Below are positions 35,694 through 45,430 of a DNA stretch of 64,000 bases, piece after piece. Position numbers and translations under genes: made by a program. Where the stretch lies: contig JAPLXG010000013.1 in NCBI GenBank assembly GCA_026396175.1, positions 65,267 through 129,266 of the forward strand. The letters run 5' to 3'. Source of the stretch: Candidatus Moraniibacteriota bacterium. GTDB taxonomy: Bacteria; Patescibacteriota; Minisyncoccia; Moranbacterales; UBA2206. The number at the start of each line of letters is the position of its first letter. Within the stretch, counting starts at the first letter, position 1. The notes beneath the pieces are model-generated. The model did no database searches. It saw only the letters and a program-made list of their open reading frames with translations, and had not been told where the DNA came from.

Positions 35694-36118
35694 AACATCA
35701 TGAAACATGAAGCATGAAACATGAAACAAAAAAGCTTACGCCTAATTTGTCTTATGCTTCATGCCTGCCTGCCAGTAGGCAGGTTATATGCTATATGTTA
35801 TATGTGTTTTTATTCTACTACACTTTAAAAAATTGGACAACGCCGTTTTTGCTGATATAATTAAAATACGCTTACGCGCAATGAATTTTCTCCGCCAGCT
35901 GGCGGATTAAATTTGAAATCAAGATCAAGTGACTAAATGCTTAAATGATAATTTAAAAATAAACTTCCTCACAGCAAACTAATAAGGCATTAGGGAATCT
36001 ACTTTACCCATTATGTAGCAACCTGCTGGGAATCAAACCCCTGAGTAATTAAAAATTTAATAATTTAGATTTGATTTTAAATTTATAATTTTAAATTTCA
36101 AATTTTTATTGCACTCCT

Positions 36119-37024
36119 ATGCAAGAAATAAAAACCGAAAAATTTAGTTGGATCGATTTCGCGGAACCGAATGCCGATGACATCTTGAAAATCCAAAAAA
36201 GATTCAACCTCCATCCGCTCGTTGTGGAAGAATTTTCCACCCCGACGCTCCGGCCGAAAGCGGCAGAGTATGACAATTGCGTCTATCTGGCAATTCATAT
36301 TCCACTCTATGATAGCGAGAATAAAACCACCTACCCGGGAGAATTAGATATCGTGATTTGTGAAAACACACTAATTACCTCACACGATGTGGAAATTTAT
36401 CAGTTGACTGAATTTTTTAATGAACTCAAGAAAAACAAACAGAAGCGTGAACTCTATATGAACCAAAGCCCGGGAGCGCTCCTGCGCTATCTCTTGGAAA
36501 TGCTTTTAGAATCTTGTTTTCCCCGCTTGGATCATATTTCCAAAAAATTAGACAATATTGAAAAAGAAATTTTTGCCCAACACGAAAAAGAAATGGTCTT
36601 TGAAATTTCCCTCGTCAAAAGAGATATTCTCAATTTCCGTCGCACAATGAAACCGCAACGCACCGTCTTTGAATCACTGACGCAAGAGCACAAGTTTATT
36701 GAAAAAGAATTGCGCCCCTACTTTCAAGATCTGATCGGAACAAACATCCGCATCTGGAATATGCTCGAGAGCGCCAAAGAAACCATCGAGTCGCTGGAAG
36801 CCACCAATAATTCCCTGCTCTCCAACCAACTCGATATGACCATGAAGGTGCTCACGATTTTTTCCGCCATCCTCTTGCCTCTCACGGTTTATTCCAATAT
36901 TATGTCGATGAGCACCAACATCCCCTTCCACACCAGCCCCCTGGCTTTTTGGTTCCACGTTTCAATTATGCTCGCGCTGGCTGTTTTCACATTTATTATT
37001 TTTAAGTTGAAGAAATGGCTGTAA
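36119..37024 (+). CDS. corA: CorA-family divalent cation transporter-like protein
   Basis: 301 aa. Cytoplasmic alpha/beta domain plus two C-terminal TM helices, LPLTVYSNIMSM in place of the canonical YGMN, and a KK tail. Confidence 0.65.
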   Translation: MQEIKTEKFSWIDFAEPNADDILKIQKRFNLHPLVVEEFSTPTLRPKAAEYDNCVYLAIHIPLYDSENKTTYPGELDIVICENTLITSHDVEIYQLTEFFNELKKNKQKRELYMNQSPGALLRYLLEMLLESCFPRLDHISKKLDNIEKEIFAQHEKEMVFEISLVKRDILNFRRTMKPQRTVFESLTQEHKFIEKELRPYFQDLIGTNIRIWNMLESAKETIESLEATNNSLLSNQLDMTMKVLTIFSAILLPLTVYSNIMSMSTNIPFHTSPLAFWFHVSIMLALAVFTFIIFKLKKWL

Positions 37025-37026
37025 TA

Positions 37027-37160
37027 CTACGAATTACGAACAAATACGAATGTACGAATAAATGCGAAATACTTTAAGAAAAATTAGGCTCAGTTTAAAT
37101 TATATTCGTACATTCGTACAAATTCGTAATTCGTAGAGAAAACCGTAATTCGTAGAGAAA
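37027..37160. repeat. TTCGTA/TACGAA hexamer-rich repeat array just upstream of cysS
   Basis: tatattcgtacattcgtacaaattcgtaattcgtagag recurs nearly identically at 20838-20877. Related arrays are at 18076-18175, 22813-22876 and 61160-61200. Confidence 0.5.
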
Positions 37161-37165
37161 ATCAT

Positions 37166-38629
37166 ATGCTGAAACTATACAACACCCTCACCCGCACAAA
37201 AGAAGAATTTAAACCAATAAACCCCGGAAAGGTTGGTTTTTATACTTGCGGGCCAACCGTCTATGATCATTGCCATATCGGACATGCTCGCGGGTATGTT
37301 TCGATGGATGTGATTAGGAAGTACTTGGAATATTCCGGCTACGAGGTGAGATTTATTATGAACTACACTGACGTCGGCCATATGGTTGATGACGCCGAAG
37401 TTGGCGAGGATAAGATTCAAAAAAAGGCCAAGTTAGAAAAAATTGATCCACTAGAAGTGGTGGAAAAATATATTGAATCGGCCAAAGAAGATTTTGAGGC
37501 TTTGAATATCAAACCGGCTAATTTCAATCCCCGACCAACCCAATACATTGCTCAAATAATTAAATTTATCGAAGATCTGATTCAAAAAGGCTACGCATAT
37601 GAAGTTAACGGCTCAGTTTATTTTTCCGTGGAAAAATTTCCCGAATATGGAAAACTTTCCGGCCGAAAAATAGATGAGCTGATCGAGGGAGCGCGCGTGG
37701 AGATTAATCCGGAGAAAAAAAATCCGATGGACTTTGCGCTTTGGATCAAGGCAGAAGATATTCATATCTTGAAATGGAAAAGCCCCTGGAGTTTGGGTTA
37801 CCCCGGCTGGCATATTGAATGTTCCGTGATGTCGTCTGACCTCCTTGGTCAAGACACTTTTGACATTCATGGCGGAGGCAATGAAAATATTTTTCCCCAC
37901 AATGAAAATGAAATTGCTCAAAGCGAAGCCAGTCTTGGCAAAAAAATGGCCAACTATTGGACGCTCTGGAGTATGGTCAACATCAACGGCGAGAAAATGT
38001 CCAAATCCAAAAACAACCATACAACAGTCAAAACAATCCTGGCCAATTATGACCCGATGGTCGCACGGCTTTGGATTATCAGCTCTCACTATCGCAGCAT
38101 CATTGACTATACTGAAAGTTCTCTCTCTCAAGCCAAAACTAATCTGAAAAAAATCACCGACTGGGTCAATAATTTACAAAGTATCGCCACAGACGCTTCT
38201 GATGAAAAGTCTGAGATTAGTTTTACCCATATCTACCAAAAACGTTTCGAAGAAGCGATGGACGACGACCTCAATACTCCGCTGGCGCTGAGTGTGATTT
38301 ATGAATTGATTACAGAAACCAATAAGCTCCTTTCGGAAAATAAATTATCCCCCGCCACCGCCAAAGAAATTCTTTCTTTTTGGAATCGGATCAATAAAGT
38401 ATTAGGATTGAAATTAAAAATGACTCAATACGTGTATTCCAGCCTCACCTTAAACCGTACTATTGAAAACAATATCCCGGAAGAAATAATTTCTCTCGCT
38501 GAAAAAAGAAAAAATGCCAAATTAGATAAAGATTTTAAAAAATCAGATGAATTAAGAAAAGAAATAGAAAAATTAGGCTATGTGATAGAAGACTTAAAGG
38601 AAAATAATTATTCAATTAAAAAATTATAA
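37166..38629 (+). CDS. cysS: cysteine--tRNA ligase
   Basis: 487 aa. HIGH-type motif CHIGHARGY, zinc-binding Cys residues, and KMSKS. Confidence 0.95.
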   Translation: MLKLYNTLTRTKEEFKPINPGKVGFYTCGPTVYDHCHIGHARGYVSMDVIRKYLEYSGYEVRFIMNYTDVGHMVDDAEVGEDKIQKKAKLEKIDPLEVVEKYIESAKEDFEALNIKPANFNPRPTQYIAQIIKFIEDLIQKGYAYEVNGSVYFSVEKFPEYGKLSGRKIDELIEGARVEINPEKKNPMDFALWIKAEDIHILKWKSPWSLGYPGWHIECSVMSSDLLGQDTFDIHGGGNENIFPHNENEIAQSEASLGKKMANYWTLWSMVNINGEKMSKSKNNHTTVKTILANYDPMVARLWIISSHYRSIIDYTESSLSQAKTNLKKITDWVNNLQSIATDASDEKSEISFTHIYQKRFEEAMDDDLNTPLALSVIYELITETNKLLSENKLSPATAKEILSFWNRINKVLGLKLKMTQYVYSSLTLNRTIENNIPEEIISLAEKRKNAKLDKDFKKSDELRKEIEKLGYVIEDLKENNYSIKKL

Positions 38630-38632
38630 ATA

Positions 38633-38848
38633 CAGGACTTGCGCGTTTAAATTAAATTTGTCATCCTGAGCGGAGTCCTGTAATCAGGACGCAGTCGAAG
38701 GATCTGCTAACCGTAACCCATAGCTTTCTATTCGATATTAGGGCTTACGATAATGGAAAGTAGATCCCTGCCTACCGGCAGGCAGGCTTCGGCTTCGCTC
38801 AGGATGACATGGTTTAGTTGTTTTTAAACAAACGCGTAAATCCTAAAA
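38633..38848. repeat. MITE-like long hairpin element, family A (copy 2)
   Basis: aggacttgcgcg...tgtcatcctgagcg // cgctcaggatgaca...acgcgtaaatcct. The interior contains the REP palindrome. Confidence 0.6.
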
Positions 38849-38853
38849 ACACT

Positions 38854-39129
38854 ATGGATGATTTTTGCGATTGCTCAAGTTGCCCGCACCATTGCGGTGG
38901 AGATGATGAAATAGATACTCCGGCCGATGATAAGCTGGGAACAACAACTCCAAACTCAGACGAATCCGGCGAAGCTTCTGATGACGAAGACGCCGCCAAG
39001 GTTTCGGCTGTCGAATCCGCCGACGCTAAAGCTATGGCGGACAAGAAAGTAGATCATCTCAAAAAAGACATCATTGAGCTTGGTTTTAAGTTGGAAGATA
39101 CTGAGGATGGGATTAGAGTGATGATGTAA
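38854..39129 (+). CDS. hypothetical small acidic protein
   Basis: Starts at the internal ATG (MDDFCDCSSCPHHCGGDDE...). Cys/His cluster, then an acidic tail. Confidence 0.4.
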   Translation: MDDFCDCSSCPHHCGGDDEIDTPADDKLGTTTPNSDESGEASDDEDAAKVSAVESADAKAMADKKVDHLKKDIIELGFKLEDTEDGIRVMM

Positions 39130-39339
39130 TAAATATTTTATCCCACAATCATTCTCTGTAAAATGAGAATTGAGCAGCAAAAGCATGGCTCATTAACCAT
39201 GAGTTTAGTTGTTGGCAACATAGGTCATTGGCAGTAAGACTAGTTATAAGTTTTTGGTCTTAAGATTTTTCTAAAGACTTATAGCTGAAGACCTATCTTA
39301 TTGCCAACGACCATTGTTACTTACGACCATTATCTTTAT

Positions 39340-40365
39340 ATGAATAATTTTTGGTCAAAAATACCACGCCCAATCCTCGCCCTCGCTCCAATGGCCGGAA
39401 TTACCGACAGTGCTTTTCGGCAGATTTGCCGCAAGCACGGCGCTGATGTGACCTATTCCGAAATGGCGAGCGTGAGCGCGCTGTTTTATAAACCCGCCAA
39501 AACTCTGGAATTAGTGCGATTTAATAAAAAAGAACGACCCTATGTCGTGCAATTGTTTGGCAATAAGCCGGAGCATTTTGCTGTGGCCACGAAGATTATT
39601 ACAGAAAAAGTAAAGCCTGACGGGATTGATATTAACTTCGGCTGTCCGGCCAAGAAAGTTTTCAAACACGGCTCTGGTTGCGCGCTCATGCCGCAAATCG
39701 AACTGGCGCGTGAAATTATTTCGGCCGTTTGTGATAATACCAAACTTCCTGTGTCTATAAAAATTCGAGCAGGCGTTTCCGAGAGCTCAGCTCTCGGTTC
39801 TCCGAGAGCTGAGCTCTCGGATGCTAGAAATATATCCGCCCTAGAATTCATCGAAAAAACCAAAGACCTTCCCTACTCGGCTGTGATGGTGCACGGCCGC
39901 ACCTACGAAGGCGGATTTTCCGGCAATGTCGACTGGGAAATAATTTCGCAGATCAAGAAAATTATTCCCGAAAAAATCGTCCTGGGCAACGGCGGAATCA
40001 CCACGCCTGAAGGCGCTTTGGAAATTTTGCAAAAATACCCCAACATCGACGGCCTCGGCATCGCCCGCGGCGCGTGGGGTAAGCCCTATCTTTTTGAACA
40101 AATTAAAAAATACGCCCATACCGTAGGGGCGGTTCATGAACCGCCCCTACAAAAACAACCACCCCTACCGCCGGATTTTTCCAAAATAAAAAAAATAATG
40201 ATCGACCACGCCGAACTGATTTTCAAAGATAAAAAATCTTTCGGTCTTTTTGAAATCAGAAAACACCTCGTCTGGTACATTAAAGGTTTTCCCGGCGCCG
40301 CGGAACTGCGCCAAAAATTAGTGAGAGCTGAAAGTGTCGAAGAAATCAAGGAAATATTGAAATAA
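39340..40365 (+). CDS. dus: tRNA-dihydrouridine synthase
   Basis: Probable start MNNFWSK. LAPMAGITDSAFRQICRKHGADVTYSEM and the catalytic Cys region NFGCPAKKV are present. A 42-bp perfect palindrome is inserted in frame at 39779-39820. The track ORF starts at 39301. Confidence 0.85.
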   Translation: MNNFWSKIPRPILALAPMAGITDSAFRQICRKHGADVTYSEMASVSALFYKPAKTLELVRFNKKERPYVVQLFGNKPEHFAVATKIITEKVKPDGIDINFGCPAKKVFKHGSGCALMPQIELAREIISAVCDNTKLPVSIKIRAGVSESSALGSPRAELSDARNISALEFIEKTKDLPYSAVMVHGRTYEGGFSGNVDWEIISQIKKIIPEKIVLGNGGITTPEGALEILQKYPNIDGLGIARGAWGKPYLFEQIKKYAHTVGAVHEPPLQKQPPLPPDFSKIKKIMIDHAELIFKDKKSFGLFEIRKHLVWYIKGFPGAAELRQKLVRAESVEEIKEILK

Positions 40366-40440
40366 AAAACAGGAGCAACAATCATTTTCGGTTTTTACCA
40401 AAAACAAACATCGCTCCCTTGTTTTGCCCCGCACCCAAGC

Positions 40441-40944
40441 TTAGACGAAATCCTCCCAATAACTTCCCTGTCTCCGAATATAATCAATCACAACCTGGGG
40501 AGGTTGCGGGCAATCCAATCCACGCCCCTCTCGATACATTACTTCGTCAGCAATTGCAATGAGTTGTTCTTTGGGCTCCAGTTTTTTAATCCTCTCGAGC
40601 ACTGGCGCGCCAAAAAAATCAATTTTTTTAGCATAATCCATCAATTCATCCGAAAGATTTCTAATCGGTTGATTGATTGCCGGCGGAGTTTGAATACCAT
40701 CGACTTCCCCGCAATATTTATTGTATTCCTCCGGAGAAAATCTTTCGCCCGTAAAAACGACCGAATCCCCATTCATAAACCGAAGAATGATTTGCTGATG
40801 AGGTCCGCAAGGTATGGAACGACAACTAGCAAGCATTCCGTCACCTGCAGTTTTGATTATTAACTCCACTTTTTCTGCCATAAACTTTTCCTCCTTTTCG
40901 CTTGTCATTTGTCCAATAGTAGCGACTAGATAGATCTTTATCAC
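40441..40944 (-). CDS. hypothetical protein (GC-rich two-gene cassette, gene 2)
   Basis: 167 aa in the ORF, with an alternative start at MAEKVELIIK. The start overlaps the upstream gene's stop by 4 nt. Confidence 0.4.
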   Translation of the reverse strand: MIKIYLVATIGQMTSEKEEKFMAEKVELIIKTAGDGMLASCRSIPCGPHQQIILRFMNGDSVVFTGERFSPEEYNKYCGEVDGIQTPPAINQPIRNLSDELMDYAKKIDFFGAPVLERIKKLEPKEQLIAIADEVMYREGRGLDCPQPPQVVIDYIRRQGSYWEDFV

Positions 40945-41222
40945 GGAAGCCGTATCCCCAGATGTCGATACTCTCGATAGACAAGCTCAACAACTTGCTT
41001 GCACTCTTCAATATTAGTGGAACAAAGATGTTTCATCTTATCTCTCCGCGCACAATGAAGTTCCCTCCATTTTTCCAAAAAAACTTCAGCTTCCTTGGTT
41101 TTGAGCTTTTTTATTTTTTTTACAATTCTCCCGGTAGCTTTTTTATTTAGAACTTCTATAAGCGCAATCATATATCTAAACACTGCGCGATCGGGCAATG
41201 GCCACTCTCTTGATTTTGCCAT
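40941..41222 (-). CDS. hypothetical small basic protein (GC-rich two-gene cassette, gene 1)
   Basis: 93 aa, Lys/Arg-rich. Antisense to the flanking dus and dnaB genes. Confidence 0.4.
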   Translation of the reverse strand: MAKSREWPLPDRAVFRYMIALIEVLNKKATGRIVKKIKKLKTKEAEVFLEKWRELHCARRDKMKHLCSTNIEECKQVVELVYREYRHLGIRLP

Positions 41223-41368
41223 AAAAATACTCCTTTCAGCCCAGATTTGGACTTATTCCTCTATTGTTAAAGAAAAGTTCATTGTTTCTCCTTGTGCACA
41301 ATCATTGCATAAACTGGGCAAAAGTGCAAGTTGCCGACTTTCTTTCCTCCTGCTAGAATAGATTAGCT

Positions 41369-42730
41369 ATGGCTACGACTGAAACTAAAGACCTCAAATT
41401 ACCACCCCAAAACATCGACGCGGAAAAATCCGTGCTCGGTGCTTTAATGTTGGATAAAGATGCCATTATCCGTGTGGCCAATCTCATCCGCCAGGGTGAT
41501 TTCTATAAAGACATCCACAACCTCATTTATGAAACGATGCTTGACCTCTATGAAAAACGTGAGCCAATTGATGTACTCAGTCTTTCCAATCGCTTGGAAG
41601 AAAAAGGCCAGCTTGATGCGATTGGCGGATCAAGTTATCTCGCGACACTCGTCAACACTGTTCCATCCAGTTCCAATGTTTCGCATTATGCGAAAGTCGT
41701 TCAGAAAAAATCCACCTTGCGAAAATTAATCGAAACGGCCAGTGAAATTGTCGAACTCGGTTATCACGAAGAAGAAGACGTGGACAAACTGCTTGATGAA
41801 GCGGAGCAAAAATTATTCGCTGTTTCGCAAAAATATATCAAACAAGATTTCGTGCCAATCCGCTCGATTTTGGAAGCGGCTTTCAATCGCATCGATGAAC
41901 TGCACAAGGGCGATCATCAATTGCGCGGAATCCCCACTGGCTACACTGATCTCAATAACATCCTCGCCGGTTTCCAAAAATCCGACCTCATTATTCTCGC
42001 CGCCAGGCCAAGTATCGGAAAAACAACACTAGCCTTGGATTTTGCCCGCAAGATTGCCATCAAAGAAAAAATTCCGGTGGGAATCTTTTCTTTGGAAATG
42101 GGCTCTGATCAGTTGATCGATAGGATGCTCGCCGCCGAGTCTGGCGTTGATTTGTGGCGTTTGCGCACCGGCCGACTAAAAACAGAAGAGGGCGATAATG
42201 ACTTTCAAAAAATCGGCGAAGCAATGGGAGTCCTTTCCGAAGCCCCAATTTTCATTGATGACGCCGGCTCGGCTAATATTATGGAGATTCGCACGATGGC
42301 ACGACGGCTGCAAATGGAACATAATGTCGGCCTCATCATTATCGACTATTTGCAACTAATGGAAGGCCGCTCAACCGGCGGTGATAACCGCGTCAATGAA
42401 ATTTCCGAAATTTCAAGATCCCTAAAACAACTGGCTCGTGAACTAAATATTCCTGTCATTGCCCTTTCCCAGCTTTCGCGTAACGTGGAATCCCGCAGCC
42501 CACAAATCCCAAAACTCTCCGACCTGCGTGAATCCGGTTCGATCGAGCAAGACGCTGACATCGTGATGTTCCTCTATCGTGAAGACCGCGAAAAACCGGA
42601 CACGCCAAACAAAAATATCGTCGAAGTCCACATCGCCAAACATAGAAACGGCCCAGTCGGAAAAATGTCCCTCTACTTCGACGAAGCCTCGACAACGTTT
42701 AAGTCACTAGAGAGAGTGCACACGGAATGA
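41369..42730 (+). CDS. dnaB: replicative DNA helicase DnaB
   Basis: 453 aa. N-terminal primase-interaction domain, Walker A ARPSIGKTTLAL, the H2/H3/H4 motifs, and SQLSR. Confidence 0.95.
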   Translation: MATTETKDLKLPPQNIDAEKSVLGALMLDKDAIIRVANLIRQGDFYKDIHNLIYETMLDLYEKREPIDVLSLSNRLEEKGQLDAIGGSSYLATLVNTVPSSSNVSHYAKVVQKKSTLRKLIETASEIVELGYHEEEDVDKLLDEAEQKLFAVSQKYIKQDFVPIRSILEAAFNRIDELHKGDHQLRGIPTGYTDLNNILAGFQKSDLIILAARPSIGKTTLALDFARKIAIKEKIPVGIFSLEMGSDQLIDRMLAAESGVDLWRLRTGRLKTEEGDNDFQKIGEAMGVLSEAPIFIDDAGSANIMEIRTMARRLQMEHNVGLIIIDYLQLMEGRSTGGDNRVNEISEISRSLKQLARELNIPVIALSQLSRNVESRSPQIPKLSDLRESGSIEQDADIVMFLYREDREKPDTPNKNIVEVHIAKHRNGPVGKMSLYFDEASTTFKSLERVHTE

Positions 42731-42864
42731 AATTTCTAATTTTAAATTTCTAATTTCTAAACAATTCTCAATTTTTTAATGATATAATTTTCTAAACTAA
42801 TTTAAAATTTAGTAATTGGAAATTGTTTGAAAATTGAAAATTAGAAATTGAAAATTTACCCAAA

Positions 42865-43458
42865 ATGTATCCCAAAAGCTTCAAAAAACTCATCGATAAC
42901 TTCGCCGCTCTGCCTTCTGTCGGTCCCAAAATGGCCGAGCGTTTGGTGTTATTTTTATTCAAGGCCGACAATGAAAAATTGTCTGATTTTGCGAGAAGTC
43001 TCGAAGATTTCAAAAAAAATCTCAGGCATTGTAAAAAATGTTGGAACATCAGCGAAGAAGAATTTTGCCAAATTTGCAAAGATAGCTCGCGCGACCAAAA
43101 AACTATCTGCGTCGTGGAAGATACGCTCGATGTTTTTGCGATTGAAAAAACCAAAAAATATACCGGACTCTACCACGTTCTCGGCGGAGTCTTGAGTCCA
43201 CAAAAAACCGTCGGCTCGGAAAATTTGCATTTTAAGGATTTAGATAATAGGATAGAAAAAGAAGGCATTTTGGAAGTTATATTGGCAATGAACCCCACCA
43301 CCGAGGGAGACGCCACAGCTCTTTATATTAATAGAACACTCAAAGACAAGGGTGTAAAAATCACCCGCCTCGCCCGTGGCCTCGCCACTGGCGCCGATAT
43401 TGAACACGCAGACGAGCTGACACTTAGCTCATCGCTTGCCAATAGGAGAGAAGTTTAA
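42865..43458 (+). CDS. recR: recombination protein RecR
   Basis: HhH motif, C4 zinc finger CKKCWNISEEEFCQIC, and a Toprim domain. Confidence 0.92.
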   Translation: MYPKSFKKLIDNFAALPSVGPKMAERLVLFLFKADNEKLSDFARSLEDFKKNLRHCKKCWNISEEEFCQICKDSSRDQKTICVVEDTLDVFAIEKTKKYTGLYHVLGGVLSPQKTVGSENLHFKDLDNRIEKEGILEVILAMNPTTEGDATALYINRTLKDKGVKITRLARGLATGADIEHADELTLSSSLANRREV

Positions 43459-43486
43459 AACTCAAACACACAGGAAAGGAGGCCGT

Positions 43487-43663
43487 TATGTCAAAAGGAG
43501 GAATTGAAAACAGAAGAACAGGTCCAGACGAAATTGCTTTTGAAGCTTGGCAAAGATGGGCCGAAAATGATCCTCAGTGTGAGCTTCTCAGGAGAAAACA
43601 TGCGGAAGAAGAAGCTCGGAAAAATCCAGACCAGACTGATTGGATTAGAAACCAATCCCAATA
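43487..43663 (+). CDS. possible small protein (58 aa), below the ORF-track size cutoff
   Basis: The ATG is preceded by AAGGAGGCCGTT (strong SD). Translation MSKGGIENRRTGPDEIAFEAWQRWAENDPQCELLRRKHAEEEARKNPDQTDWIRNQSQ. It fits the local gap better than the overlapping 81-aa track ORF. Confidence 0.3.
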
Positions 43664-43774
43664 ACGGCCAACGAGCCACAAAAAAGCCCGACAGGAAATA
43701 TCCTGCCGGGCTCGAATTTTTTTTAAGAACATTTTTGTCATTCCAGTAAAATCTATATCCCCTTCTCCATTAGG

Positions 43775-43900
43775 GAGAAGCCTGCCTGCCGGTAGGCAGG
43801 GTGGCCCCGCCGTGGCGGGGATGAGGGAGAAGAGGTATTGAAAGACTATTCCGTAGCCTCACCTGTCACGACGTAACGTCGGGACATCCTCTCCCTAAGT
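43775..43900. repeat. compound palindromic repeat cluster
   Basis: The REP palindrome cctgcctgccggtaggcagg, then ggccccgccgtggcggggatg, then the module gactattccgtagcctcacctgtcacgacgtaacgtcgggacatcctctccc. The same module recurs at 53870-53910. Confidence 0.5.
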
Positions 43901-43991
43901 ACGAGAAGAATATTAAGCCACAAAAAACCCGAACCATTCCAGTCCGGGATTTTTTTATTCAAACAATACCAGATACTTTATACTAAATACC

Positions 43992-44300
43992 TTATACTAT
44001 CTTGCTGATTTCCACTTCCGTAAAAATTTGGCGATGTCCGAATTTCACCTTATATCTTTTCTTGGCTTTGAATTTGATACCAGTCACTTTGTCGCCTTGC
44101 TCGGTGCGAAGAATTTTGCCTTCCACTTTCGCTTCAGTGAGAAACGGCGTGCCGACTTTGATGGCTTTTTCATCGCCCACAAAAAGCACTTCCGGAAAGA
44201 CGATTGTGCTTCCAACCGCGTCTTCCAGTTTTTCAACCTTGATTTTGTCCCCGACTTTGACCTTGTATTGCTTGCCGCCGGTTTTGATAATTGCCAACAT
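43992..44300 (-). CDS. rplU: 50S ribosomal protein L21
   Basis: 102 aa. MLAIIKTGGKQYKV...FKAKKRYK match L21. Confidence 0.93.
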   Translation of the reverse strand: MLAIIKTGGKQYKVKVGDKIKVEKLEDAVGSTIVFPEVLFVGDEKAIKVGTPFLTEAKVEGKILRTEQGDKVTGIKFKAKKRYKVKFGHRQIFTEVEISKIV

Positions 44301-44453
44301 AATAGTAAATTCGCTATCTAATTAAAAAGCTTTAACTTAGCCATTGTACCGTACTTTTTAGCTCCTGTCAACCCCGTAAAATCGCTACGCTCACACGGGG
44401 CAGGCCCCAGTCCAAAAGCTAGTTCGCCTTGGACAAAAAACATACTGAAATCC

Positions 44454-45185
44454 CTAAATTTCTGGCCTGTCGATGCCGATGCTTACAAGGAGCTCCAGCT
44501 GCTCCGGGCCTTCAATTTCGCGGTATTCCCGCGTTTTCAGGCCGCCAAGGTGTATATTCATGATCCGCACACGCTTGAGCTCAGTGACGTGTCTTTCTAA
44601 TTTTTCACACATCCTTCGGATTTGTCTTTTCTTGCCTTCCGTGAGCACAATGGAAAAAGCTAACTCATTGATTTTTTTCACTTCGCAGTTTCTAGTCCGA
44701 TATCCATCATCCAAGACGACTCCCTCAGTCATATTTTTCAAAAACCCCGGACTAATCGTACGATCAACTTTAACTACATATTCTTTTTCGTGATAGTGAT
44801 CGGGATTAAGCAGGCGATCCGTCACCCGACCATCATTAGTAAGCAGAATTAGTCCGTGCGAATCTTTGTCGAGCCTTCCTACCGGAAAAACTTTTTGCGA
44901 ATAGTTGAAAATATCCTCAATGCTTCTCTCGCCTTTTTGCGGACTGTGCGTTACAATGCCTGCCGGTTTATTGTAGGCTAAATAGACCAACTTTTTGTTG
45001 CGCCGAATATCTTTGTCAATCGTCACCTCATCAGTTTCATTAACTTTAGCACCAAGCACGGCCACATTGCCATTGATTTTTACCCGACCGGATTTGATGA
45101 TTTCATCCGCCGCTCGGCGCGTGCAAAAATTATTGTAAGCCAGATACTTATTGATCCTGATGGGAAAAATTATTTCTTTTTTCAT
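44454..45185 (-). CDS. pseudouridine synthase, RsuA/RluB family
   Basis: N-terminal S4-like domain. Catalytic motif VGRLDKDSHGLILLTNDG. Confidence 0.85.
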   Translation of the reverse strand: MKKEIIFPIRINKYLAYNNFCTRRAADEIIKSGRVKINGNVAVLGAKVNETDEVTIDKDIRRNKKLVYLAYNKPAGIVTHSPQKGERSIEDIFNYSQKVFPVGRLDKDSHGLILLTNDGRVTDRLLNPDHYHEKEYVVKVDRTISPGFLKNMTEGVVLDDGYRTRNCEVKKINELAFSIVLTEGKKRQIRRMCEKLERHVTELKRVRIMNIHLGGLKTREYREIEGPEQLELLVSIGIDRPEI

Positions 45186-45218
45186 TTAATTTGAAGTTAC
45201 CAGACTTTTAAATTTAAA

Positions 45219-45427
45219 ATGTCATCCTGAGCAAAGTCCGTACTCGGACGAAGCCGACCGCGTGCCGCCTTAGCTTTAGCGGTGGAGCAAGGATCTGCCA
45301 TCCACTACCGCAAGTTTTCTGTAATATAGTAAAACTTACGACAACCTATAGCAGATTCTTCGACTCCGCTGCGCTACGCTCAGAATGACAAGAGTTGTTT
45401 ATTTTTTCATGCAAATGCGTAAGTTTT
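45219..45427. repeat. MITE-like long hairpin element, family A (copy 3)
   Basis: atgtcatcctgagcaaagtccgtactcggacg ... cgctcagaatgacaagag...gcaaatgcgtaagtt. Confidence 0.55.
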
Positions 45428-45430
45428 ATT

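Noticed and set aside
35690-35730. Repeated atgaaacatgaagcatgaaacatgaaac at the smc 5' end as a regulatory repeat
   Set aside because: The repeat is short and local, and it is more simply explained as the N-terminal extension of the ORF (MFHVSCFMFHDV) ahead of the conserved SMC start MFLKKLEINGF.
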